IMG/VR virus record: IMGVR_UViG_3300031760_000029 | Location: 1 to 64,000 of that record | Source of the DNA: a virus | Taxonomy: Duplodnaviria; Caudoviricetes | Direction: 5' to 3' (one strand) | Length of the DNA stretch: 64,000 nucleotides | Shown here: positions 46,238 to 54,060 of the stretch, piece after piece | How the letters are laid out: each line of letters begins with the position of its first letter | Position numbering within the stretch: position 1 is the first letter of the stretch | Translations under genes and position numbers: made by a program | The notes under the pieces: model-generated | What the model was told of the DNA's origin: nothing | Database searches by the model: none | The model's input: only the letters and a program-made list of their open reading frames with translations

Positions 46238-46561
46238 ATGACACTTAGGGAAACGATGGCACTGTTAATTTCTGAAGGAGTAGAGCTTAAGAGCAATGAT
46301 GGAAATGTAGGATTCAAGATTAAGAATGCTGATACATCGATTGTAGATGTTGATATGCCTAATCGTGGTAGAAATGCATTGTTTAGAAATGGAGCGAGAA
46401 CTGTAGGAGATGTGGTGGATTTATTCAACAGAGGCAGCGGCAAAATGAAAGGAGTGGGAGAGAAGACGCTGCGAGAGACGAAGCAGGCATTGATCGAATG
46501 GAATTGGAGTATGATGACGCAAATGGAACAGAGAGAGTATCTGAAGACATTGTTTGTATAG
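46238..46561 (+). CDS. RNA polymerase alpha-CTD-like protein (107 aa)
   Basis: DMPNRGRNALFRNGARTVGDV...KMKGVGEKTLRETKQAL matches the alpha-CTD HhH pattern. Confidence 0.7.
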   Translation: MTLRETMALLISEGVELKSNDGNVGFKIKNADTSIVDVDMPNRGRNALFRNGARTVGDVVDLFNRGSGKMKGVGEKTLRETKQALIEWNWSMMTQMEQREYLKTLFV

Positions 46562-46578
46562 AAACGGAGATATATATT

Positions 46579-46788
46579 GTGAATGGAATAGTAGATATGA
46601 TGGCACATGGAAAATACTTTTTTATTACAGCAGAAGATGGATCTAGATATTTCTCTCCATTTTCTGAACTTGAAAGAAAAGTAAAAAAGATGATACACAG
46701 ACATTCGAATGTGGTTTTTGACATTAGTAATGATCTTGTGCCAAATGGAAAGCTTCCCAAAGCTATTAATGTTAGTGTTGTAATTTAA
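46579..46788 (+). CDS. Cold-shock-domain (OB-fold)-like protein (69 aa)
   Basis: GTG start; MNGIV...GKYFFITAEDG..YF.PFSEL...VVFDI....KAINV aligns by eye to CspA; RNP1 and RNP2 divergent. Confidence 0.55.
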   Translation: MNGIVDMMAHGKYFFITAEDGSRYFSPFSELERKVKKMIHRHSNVVFDISNDLVPNGKLPKAINVSVVI

Positions 46789-46804
46789 GGAGGTGTATAC
46801 TACA

Positions 46805-46999
46805 ATGAAGAAGACATGGACACCAAGGGAATTTGCGAAGATGCTTAAGAAGAATGGATATGAATATGATAGAAGCAATGGAGATCATATGACTTATAAG
46901 AATGAAAATGGACGGCCAATCACTTTTAATGTGCGGGGTGGATTGAATCGGATGGTCGCACTACGGTTGATTAAGGAGTATGGATTGATTGTGGCATAG
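46805..46999 (+). CDS. hicA: HicA-family mRNA interferase
   Basis: PREFAKMLKKNGY...RSNGDHMTYKN...ITF...ALRLIKEYGL. Confidence 0.8.
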   Translation: MKKTWTPREFAKMLKKNGYEYDRSNGDHMTYKNENGRPITFNVRGGLNRMVALRLIKEYGLIVA

Positions 47000-47010
47000 G
47001 GAGGTGCGAT

Positions 47011-47766
47011 ATGTTTGGATTTGTTTATTTATTTGGTCATTTAATTGGAGGTACTGTAAGTAGTTTAAAAGGTATATCTCAAAATGCAGAATTAAGAGAT
47101 CACGGAAAGAGATTATATGAACAAGGTAAAAATCCGTTTGCATTTTATGTTGATAGAAAAGGTGTCACACGGTTAATAGAAAATGATGAACCAGCAAGCA
47201 TTGAACACGATTATTTAACTGGTGATGTTTGGTTATGTTATGGGACGCCACAAAGAAGACAAAGAAATCTATCGGAAGAATGGAGATGGAAATATTACAA
47301 AGCAATTAAGCAGAATCCAATTGGTCATAAGACAGTAATAAATGACATTATGATCAGATATCAGCCAGACGAAAATTCAGTTAAATCGGATGAGAGTAAT
47401 ATGTGGAACGAATTATGTTACGCTTATGGTCAATGGTATAAAGATATCAGAACTGCTGATCTATATATTAAAAGATCTGTAACATGTAAAGATGGTAGAA
47501 GAAGACAGTTCTATATGATGATTACAAATGGTAATCTGGTCCGTATAACAGAAGATGCATATGATCAGGATATTACGAATAATACTTTTGATGAAGATAT
47601 GTTAAAGGAAACAATTAAAGAGTTTAATTCTAACAGAGTTATACCCAAGAAAACAGATCTTTGGTATGAATGGGAAAATTTCTATCTTGATTCTGCGCAT
47701 GATTATGCTTTGCCTTGTAATCAAGACGAAAGAGAGATGATGGGTGAATTAGCACCAAGATTTTAA
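47011..47766 (+). CDS. Hypothetical protein (251 aa)
   Basis: GGAGG RBS; hydrophobic N-terminus. Confidence 0.7.
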   Translation: MFGFVYLFGHLIGGTVSSLKGISQNAELRDHGKRLYEQGKNPFAFYVDRKGVTRLIENDEPASIEHDYLTGDVWLCYGTPQRRQRNLSEEWRWKYYKAIKQNPIGHKTVINDIMIRYQPDENSVKSDESNMWNELCYAYGQWYKDIRTADLYIKRSVTCKDGRRRQFYMMITNGNLVRITEDAYDQDITNNTFDEDMLKETIKEFNSNRVIPKKTDLWYEWENFYLDSAHDYALPCNQDEREMMGELAPRF

Positions 47767-47776
47767 AGGAGGCAAC

Positions 47777-48718
47777 ATGAGTGGGCGAGCTGAAATGGAT
47801 AAGAAAAATGATAAATGGATAAATGAGAGAAAAGGTAAATGCTCTCAATTCGTCTCCGATTATATTGATAGTATCGATGGTGTAAAAACATCTGCCACCA
47901 GAAAGCAATATTTGTATTATCTGATGGATTTTGAGAAATATATTAAGAAATTAAATGTTGATATATGTAAAGTAAAACCATTTCATGTTGAAAAGTATCG
48001 AAATTGTCTAACTAAAAATGGAAATAAGGCAAGTATCGTTAATGGAAAACTGTCTGCGATTATTTCTTTTTACAATTTTCTAATCAAAAATGGATTTGTA
48101 GACAAGAATCCATGTGATAATGACATGAAATTAAAAATTGCAGAAAAAGAATCTGTTGTATATATGACAGATGAAGAGATTCATAAGTTAAAGGAAAATA
48201 TCGTTTCATGTAAAAATAGGCATAGTGATAGATTTGTATTAAGAGATTTATGTATAGTTCAACTTGGATGTGCTACTGGTTTGCGTGTTTCTGCTATTGT
48301 TAATATAGATATTGATGATATTGATTTTGAGCAAATGACAATTAAAGTTGTTGAAAAGGGAAATAAAGTAAGGACGATATATATTGGCGAAAACACAGTG
48401 AATAGTATTAAGAACTGGCTAAAAGAAAGAGTTATAACCGTTCGAAACAAGGAAGAGAGAGCTTTATTCATTGGTAATCATGGTGGTCGTATGTCTGCTT
48501 CAGCTGTACGAAATCTATTGAAACATGATGCGGGCGAGTTTGGTAAGCATATCACTCCTCATAAAATGCGTTCAACATGTGCCATGAAACTATACGATAA
48601 GACTGGAGATATTTATTTAACAGCACAGCAGCTCGGGCATGCTAATGTGAAAAACACCATGATATACGCAAAAGCAACAGAAGAGAAACGACGTATGGCC
48701 GCAGATTTGTTAGATTGA
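47777..48718 (+). CDS. Tyrosine recombinase (XerC/D-like; SPbeta YopP/SroD position)
   Basis: SAM-like N-terminal domain; catalytic R (GLRVS), K (EKGNK), HxxR (HKMR), H (LGH), Y (TMIY) all present. Confidence 0.92.
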   Translation: MSGRAEMDKKNDKWINERKGKCSQFVSDYIDSIDGVKTSATRKQYLYYLMDFEKYIKKLNVDICKVKPFHVEKYRNCLTKNGNKASIVNGKLSAIISFYNFLIKNGFVDKNPCDNDMKLKIAEKESVVYMTDEEIHKLKENIVSCKNRHSDRFVLRDLCIVQLGCATGLRVSAIVNIDIDDIDFEQMTIKVVEKGNKVRTIYIGENTVNSIKNWLKERVITVRNKEERALFIGNHGGRMSASAVRNLLKHDAGEFGKHITPHKMRSTCAMKLYDKTGDIYLTAQQLGHANVKNTMIYAKATEEKRRMAADLLD

Positions 48719-48731
48719 ATGGAGGGGCGCA

Positions 48732-48902
48732 ATGGAACTGAAAACAATGTGGTCTGAATTTTATGGAGGAACTATCACAGTGAAAATATGCAAAACCCTG
48801 GATGAGATTCCAAGCTCTGCGCGTTATAAATACGATGATGACGAAACAGAGTTGTCAATTTACTGTGATGATGACGATCAGTTTTATGGAGTTAAACTGT
48901 AA
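48732..48902 (+). CDS. Small acidic protein (56 aa)
   Basis: GGAGGGG RBS. Confidence 0.6.
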   Translation: MELKTMWSEFYGGTITVKICKTLDEIPSSARYKYDDDETELSIYCDDDDQFYGVKL

Positions 48903-48964
48903 TGTATTACAATTATCATGCCAATTATAATTTAATATGTAGCGATGTTAAAAGAAGGTTTTTA

Positions 48965-49037
48965 TTGACAAAGGCAAAGACTGGCGTAACAAAATTAACG
49001 TCAAAGCATTGACAAACGATTTGAAATATCGTAAATT
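48965..49037 (+). promoter_or_regulatory. Promoter with spacer palindrome for the repressor operon
   Basis: TTGACA (49009-14), 17 nt, TAAATT; ACGAT-N7-ATCGT in spacer; CAAAATTAA and a second TTGACA upstream. Confidence 0.6.
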
Positions 49038-49058
49038 TAAGGAAAGGAGGACAGAACG

Positions 49059-50249
49059 ATGACTAACAGAGACGAGTTATGCGCAGATCTTCAGAAGATT
49101 CTTGAACGAAATAGCAGTAATGATACAAAAGTAAAAGAGTATATTAAAACGATCGGAGATAATCATGCACTTCCAGTATCTAAGATCTTTGACTATGTAA
49201 CGGTAAGGGAAGTCATTTCTGTCCTCGATGACACGATGTTGTTTTGTATATGTGAGGCGGTCGCCAATGATAAACTTCCTCAGTTTTTTAATAAGGAAGA
49301 GATTGCTTCGTATTCGAAATGGAAATATGTAGATACAGATAAATTTACTATTCCACATACATTTCAGAATGTGCTTGCGGTTGGAGACGATCAGTGGATT
49401 ACTATAACGAGTGCAAAGGAATTGATTCGTATGGGCAATTCCCAAGTGCTTCGCTATAACGCAACCACCCAGCGCCCGCTGCAGATCGTTCGTCACGGAA
49501 CAATCGAAACGTATATCCCTTACTATAATAAAAGTGCTGGCGACGCCATAAGGGAGTCGTATACCTCTGGTAAGTACATTCCTAACTTCATTACAATCAA
49601 TGTCCCAGATACACATATATGCGAATACAATGCAGAGGAAATGAGTCTGCGTGTTGATGCACCATATTTTGATCTGATTGATGGATATCATAGATATCGT
49701 TCTCTACTTTCAATATGTAGTAGTGACAAAACATTTGATTATCCTATGGGCCTGCAAATCATGAATTTTTCTGAGGGTAAGGCAAAATATTTCATCTATC
49801 AAGAAGATCAAAAGACAAAGATGGCGAGGTCATCTTCAAAAGCAATGGACGTATATGCAACGCAAAATAGGATTGTATCCAGGTTGAATGCAGATCCTTC
49901 GTTTATTCTTTGTGATAACATTAATCAGAACACAGGAGTTGTAAATTCTGCTGATCTTGGAGTTGCGATTGCTAGATTGTATGCAAATGGAGATATTATA
50001 GAGATCACAAATGAGATCAAGGCTGGTATAGAAACGTTAGTCCAAAAGAAACCAGGACTGCTCGATAAGAAATGGGATAAGAAATATACATATACCATAG
50101 TATTTATGATCAAGTACCACATCCCTATGACCAAAGTAGATGGTGTCTATAAGAAAGTTCTGTCTAACAATATGTTTAACGGTGATACAATTACCAGGGC
50201 AGATACAAGAAAAATGAATGACATCTTAGGTAAGAAAGGGGGTGTATGA
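49059..50249 (+). CDS. DGQHR/DndB-like (ParB-fold) protein, SPbeta YopQ/SroE-like
   Basis: YNATTQR, NFITIN, LIDGYHRYRSL, FIYQED. Confidence 0.75.
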   Translation: MTNRDELCADLQKILERNSSNDTKVKEYIKTIGDNHALPVSKIFDYVTVREVISVLDDTMLFCICEAVANDKLPQFFNKEEIASYSKWKYVDTDKFTIPHTFQNVLAVGDDQWITITSAKELIRMGNSQVLRYNATTQRPLQIVRHGTIETYIPYYNKSAGDAIRESYTSGKYIPNFITINVPDTHICEYNAEEMSLRVDAPYFDLIDGYHRYRSLLSICSSDKTFDYPMGLQIMNFSEGKAKYFIYQEDQKTKMARSSSKAMDVYATQNRIVSRLNADPSFILCDNINQNTGVVNSADLGVAIARLYANGDIIEITNEIKAGIETLVQKKPGLLDKKWDKKYTYTIVFMIKYHIPMTKVDGVYKKVLSNNMFNGDTITRADTRKMNDILGKKGGV

Positions 50250-50250
50250 T

Positions 50251-51168
50251 ATGTTTAACACAGAGAGAAAAGAAAAATTTATAGCAGAGAATAATAATTT
50301 TGCAGAAAAGGAACTATACGAAAAGAGAATTCGTTTTCTTTTTTCTCAAACTGCTGGGCTAGAAGAAGAATATGGAAAAGATCTGTGTGATTTCTCGTAC
50401 AATGAAATTATCGACTATTACAAGGCGTTGACTACTGCATCATTGGATCGACTAATTGTTACAAATAATATATTTACTACATACGGAGCTTGGTGTCTAA
50501 AGAATGGTTATGTTCAAGATGGACTTAATCACTATGCAGAAATTACATCGGATGTGTTGAATACATGTATAAATCTTGGGCATCAAAGAGATTTATTCAT
50601 ACCTAGATCGGAGTTACTTAACGCGATCAGGGGATTTGGCAACAAATATGAAGAGGTAATTGTTCTTGGATTGTATGAAGGATTAGATTTAATTGATTTG
50701 CAGAATCTGACTATTAATGATATCAATAGTCATAAATATGAAGTAAGATTACAAAAAGAAAGAACGTTGACTGTATCAAAAGAACTTATCTCTACTATGA
50801 TTGAATCTGCAGATACGTATGAAGTTGTACAAATGGATGATAGAAAGAGAAAATTGTATGATGATTACAAAAAGGATTCTCCGTTAATAATCAAATTGTT
50901 TAAAGAAAGATCTATGGATGATCGTACATCACAATTATTTAATATTATGAAGAGAATCAAGGCAAATTACGGATACTCCTGGTTGAGTGCGGCAAACCTT
51001 CCAATGATTGGTTCAGCCAATATGTTATTGGAGCTTTTGCAAAAAGAAAAGGGAAAGACAGCTGAGGAGGTGGCAAACGAACACATTGCTGAATTTAAGT
51101 TGAGATATGGACCATATTGGAGATACGGAAAGAGGATGAAATTGAAGTTTGGATATCTTTATGAGTAG
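50251..51168 (+). CDS. Catalytically dead tyrosine-recombinase-fold protein, MrpR/YopR/SroF-like repressor
   Basis: MFNTERKEKFI...EEEYGKDLCDFS.NEI N-terminus; LYEGLDLIDL lacks the catalytic Arg; follows the DGQHR gene. Confidence 0.7.
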   Translation: MFNTERKEKFIAENNNFAEKELYEKRIRFLFSQTAGLEEEYGKDLCDFSYNEIIDYYKALTTASLDRLIVTNNIFTTYGAWCLKNGYVQDGLNHYAEITSDVLNTCINLGHQRDLFIPRSELLNAIRGFGNKYEEVIVLGLYEGLDLIDLQNLTINDINSHKYEVRLQKERTLTVSKELISTMIESADTYEVVQMDDRKRKLYDDYKKDSPLIIKLFKERSMDDRTSQLFNIMKRIKANYGYSWLSAANLPMIGSANMLLELLQKEKGKTAEEVANEHIAEFKLRYGPYWRYGKRMKLKFGYLYE

Positions 51169-51240
51169 GCTTGGTGCCTACTTTGCAATATGCCGACTAA
51201 ATTTAAACGTAAATTTGTATTTAAAACCACATGATATGCC

Positions 51241-51269
51241 TTGACATAATCGAACATGCGTTCTATTAT
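51241..51269 (+). promoter_or_regulatory. Promoter with LexA (Cheo-type) SOS box
   Basis: TTGACA-17-TATTAT; CGAACATGCGTTCT (51251-64) in the spacer. Confidence 0.8.
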
Positions 51270-51322
51270 TGTGGTGTAAGAACTTTTGAGTAATTCATCT
51301 TGTATATAGGAGGAAATGCGAC

Positions 51323-51601
51323 ATGGGTAATGAAGCGATGGTTACAAAGGTAAATGAAATTCTGGCTAATCTGATTGACAGAGATGTCGCGACAATCTTG
51401 CGGGCGGAATCTTGCAAACAGATCATACAGGGTGGATATGTAACCATAAGAGAACATGAAAATAAAGTAGACATTATATATGAAGATACTGATACTTTTC
51501 TTGAGTTTTCTAAGGCCGATGTAAAAGAGGTAGAGATCGACGACGAGACCTATACTCTTATATTCGACGGCATTGTCATCACATTCTCGTGTGATGACTA
51601 A
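51323..51601 (+). CDS. Small acidic protein under a LexA box (92 aa)
   Basis: AGGAGG RBS; first ORF after the SOS promoter. Confidence 0.75.
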   Translation: MGNEAMVTKVNEILANLIDRDVATILRAESCKQIIQGGYVTIREHENKVDIIYEDTDTFLEFSKADVKEVEIDDETYTLIFDGIVITFSCDD

Positions 51602-51618
51602 AAAATCTCATTAAAACC

Positions 51619-51694
51619 CAAAATTAAACATTGACACGCGTCGCGTACGCGTGTTATTATATTAGCATACGAACTAAAATTAACGCGCAACGCG
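51619..51694 (+). promoter_or_regulatory. Promoter of the replication operon, ACGCG-rich
   Basis: TTGACA (51631), CGCGTCGCGTACGCG spacer, TGnTATTAT; CTAAAATTAACGCGCAACGCGT downstream. Confidence 0.75.
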
Positions 51695-51718
51695 TAAATG
51701 AATGAAAGGAGTAGTAAC

Positions 51719-52831
51719 ATGAGGTACAATTTTGTAGGTAAAGTTGAGGCAAAGGAAGACAAGTACTTGCGGGAGAATAAGGGTGGCTCCGTGACTCTTA
51801 ATCTGCAGTGCGTAGCCGCGCAAAACAATCGCGCATTCCTTGAGATGTTCGGGATGAAGCGCGACACGATCCAGACTTTTAATACGGAAAACGAGAAGAT
51901 CGAGATTGATTGGAAGGATCGCGAGGATGAGGATGTCGTTAAGCAGGTGGCTAACTTCCGCAAGTACATCATCACGCTGAACGGAAAACGTCACGAGTAT
52001 ATCTCTGAGTGGGATTTCATCCAGTTTGTTGTCGAGAATATCGATGAGATTCGCGGTAAGGAATTCACAATCACTGGCCAGGTACAGAAGAATGATTATG
52101 ATGGCAAGATTACAGACCGCTTCAAGATTCAGAATATGTATGAGGTAACTGAGGAAAAGAAACATCAGCTGCGCGTCAGTGGAGAATTCTTCTTCTCTGC
52201 AGATGGTGTTGACACTGCTGATTGGAAGAAAGAGCGAAAGGTAATTTTCAACGGTTATACAAGGGAATACATGGATAAGGATCATCCGAATTGCTACGTT
52301 CCTAAGACGATTATCTTTGACTGCTCGAAGCTTGATTTTGATAATGAGAGCCACATCGAAATTCTTAAGCTGCGTCTTGAATTGATGGGCCTGGAGTACG
52401 ATGAGGATGAAGATAAGATCAAGGTAGCTCTGAAGAAGAATACTTATTATGCCCAGAACGTAATTCTGAATTATGTGAATGGTGCGGAAACTGTCGAATT
52501 CGACGAGAGTCAGCTCACTCCTACGCAGCTCAAGATGGTGAAGCTCGGGGTAAAGAAGGCAGAAGACTTCCGCCCTGCAGGACAGATCTTTGGTGAGCGT
52601 GTGCAATTGTATAAGCTCGTCGATTATGATCTTCGCGGAACATATCAGGATGGTCTGGTCAAGCTGAATGAAAAAGCAAAGGAATTTGAGGAGAATATTT
52701 ATTCTCAGATTGCAGATGAGAGCGAGGATGATCTGGATGAGCTGCCTTTCAGTAAGAAAATGAATCCTCCTGAGGAGAAGAAGGTAAAGAAGCAGGAAGA
52801 TGACATTGACGAGAGCAATTTGTTTGATTGA
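51719..52831 (+). CDS. Putative ssDNA-binding/replication protein (SPbeta YorF position)
   Basis: Start at ATG 51719; OB-like N-terminus; acidic tail ending DDIDESNLFD; high-expression codons. Confidence 0.6.
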   Translation: MRYNFVGKVEAKEDKYLRENKGGSVTLNLQCVAAQNNRAFLEMFGMKRDTIQTFNTENEKIEIDWKDREDEDVVKQVANFRKYIITLNGKRHEYISEWDFIQFVVENIDEIRGKEFTITGQVQKNDYDGKITDRFKIQNMYEVTEEKKHQLRVSGEFFFSADGVDTADWKKERKVIFNGYTREYMDKDHPNCYVPKTIIFDCSKLDFDNESHIEILKLRLELMGLEYDEDEDKIKVALKKNTYYAQNVILNYVNGAETVEFDESQLTPTQLKMVKLGVKKAEDFRPAGQIFGERVQLYKLVDYDLRGTYQDGLVKLNEKAKEFEENIYSQIADESEDDLDELPFSKKMNPPEEKKVKKQEDDIDESNLFD

Positions 52832-52844
52832 GAGGTGACTAAGA

Positions 52845-53993
52845 ATGGGAAAATTTGGTAAAAAACATGTTATTGATCTGAATCCTTTAAGTTTTCAGAT
52901 TTGTCTAAGTGGGCTCGGTGGTATCGGCAAGACCACTCTGGCTAAGGAAGTTTGTGAAAAACTTGTTGGAGAGAATGGATATATACATTTTAATATCGGA
53001 CGTGAAGGTGGTGTGGATGCAATTTCAAACATTGTGTCTGAACCAATTGAAGATTGGGAAAAGTTGGAAGAAGTTGTTGATGACATCGTCGAAAATAAAG
53101 ATAGTGATTATCCAGATTTAAAGGTTGTTGTTTGGGATAGTTTGGATGAATTAATTCGACTCGGAGAAGCGGAAACTATTCGTTTGGAGAATAAAAAGAA
53201 TCCAAGTGAAAAAGTTGACTCGATTTTAAAGTGCAGAGGCGGTTTTGGAAAAGGACAGGATTTCTGTATCAATATGATTCTTGATTGTATGTGGGCATTA
53301 AAAAATGTAGGCGTGAATTCGTTTATCATAGCACACACAAAAAGATCAGATATTATTGATCCTGTTTCTCAGGCCACATATTCCCAGTTGACGGCTGATG
53401 CTCAACAGAGATATTTCAATGCAATTCGAAATAAGATGGATATCATTGCTGTTGGATATATTGATAGGGAAATTGCACAGGAGAACACTGGACGTAAAAA
53501 CATCGTGACTAAAAAGGATATTACGATCAATAAGGTATCTTCTGAAACAAGAGTAATTTCTTTCAGAGACGATAGTTACAGTATAGATAGTAAGTCTAGA
53601 TTCGCTGATATTGCTGACAAAATTCCTTTTGATTCGGACGAATTCATTAAAGCAATTCAGGACGCAATTAAGGCCGAGAATGAAAAAAGTGGATTATCTT
53701 CTGCTGAGATAAAGAAAACTCAGGCAGCTAAAGATAAAAAGATGAAGGAAGATGCGTCTGCATATTCTAAGAAAGCAAAAGAGAATCATGTAGACACCGA
53801 TCGCAACGACGAACTGGTCGCACAGATCAAACCTTTATATAAAGCTGCGGAGCAGGAAACCAAGGATGCAGTAAAAGAAATCATGGCAGAATATGAAATT
53901 AAATCCTTCAAAGATGTCTCCGAGACACCCACAGTAGCACTTGAGAAGATCTTATCGATTCTTTCTGAGAAGATCGTATCGATTCTCTCGTAA
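52845..53993 (+). CDS. AAA_24/Sak4-like P-loop ATPase (YorG-like)
   Basis: GLGGIGKTT, VVWDSLD, IIAH, SKSRF. Confidence 0.85.
   Translation: MGKFGKKHVIDLNPLSFQICLSGLGGIGKTTLAKEVCEKLVGENGYIHFNIGREGGVDAISNIVSEPIEDWEKLEEVVDDIVENKDSDYPDLKVVVWDSLDELIRLGEAETIRLENKKNPSEKVDSILKCRGGFGKGQDFCINMILDCMWALKNVGVNSFIIAHTKRSDIIDPVSQATYSQLTADAQQRYFNAIRNKMDIIAVGYIDREIAQENTGRKNIVTKKDITINKVSSETRVISFRDDSYSIDSKSRFADIADKIPFDSDEFIKAIQDAIKAENEKSGLSSAEIKKTQAAKDKKMKEDASAYSKKAKENHVDTDRNDELVAQIKPLYKAAEQETKDAVKEIMAEYEIKSFKDVSETPTVALEKILSILSEKIVSILS
53942..53989 (+). repeat. 24-bp tandem duplication at the ATPase 3' end
   Basis: TGAGAAGATC(T/G)TATCGATTCT(T/C)TC x2, encoding EKILSILS/EKIVSILS. Confidence 0.9.
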
Positions 53994-54014
53994 ACCTCCT
54001 TTCTATATATATGC

Positions 54015-54049
54015 AGAAGGGAGCGGGGAAACCCGTTCCCTTCTCTTTT
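54015..54049 (+). terminator. Intrinsic terminator
   Basis: AGAAGGGAGCGGG-GAAA-CCCGTTCCCTTCT-CTTTT. Confidence 0.8.
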
Positions 54050-54060
54050 GGGTAAAAAAT

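Noticed and set aside
47777-48718. Prophage integrase with attL/attR
   Set aside because: No host genes or att junction are visible; the gene lies mid-genome in the regulatory module.
46200-49050. Arbitrium aimR/aimP
   Set aside because: No TPR/RRNPP-type protein followed by a secreted pro-peptide was recognisable.
51680-52606. 308-aa minus-strand ORF
   Set aside because: Shadow of the codon-biased SSB-like gene; no RBS or family pattern.
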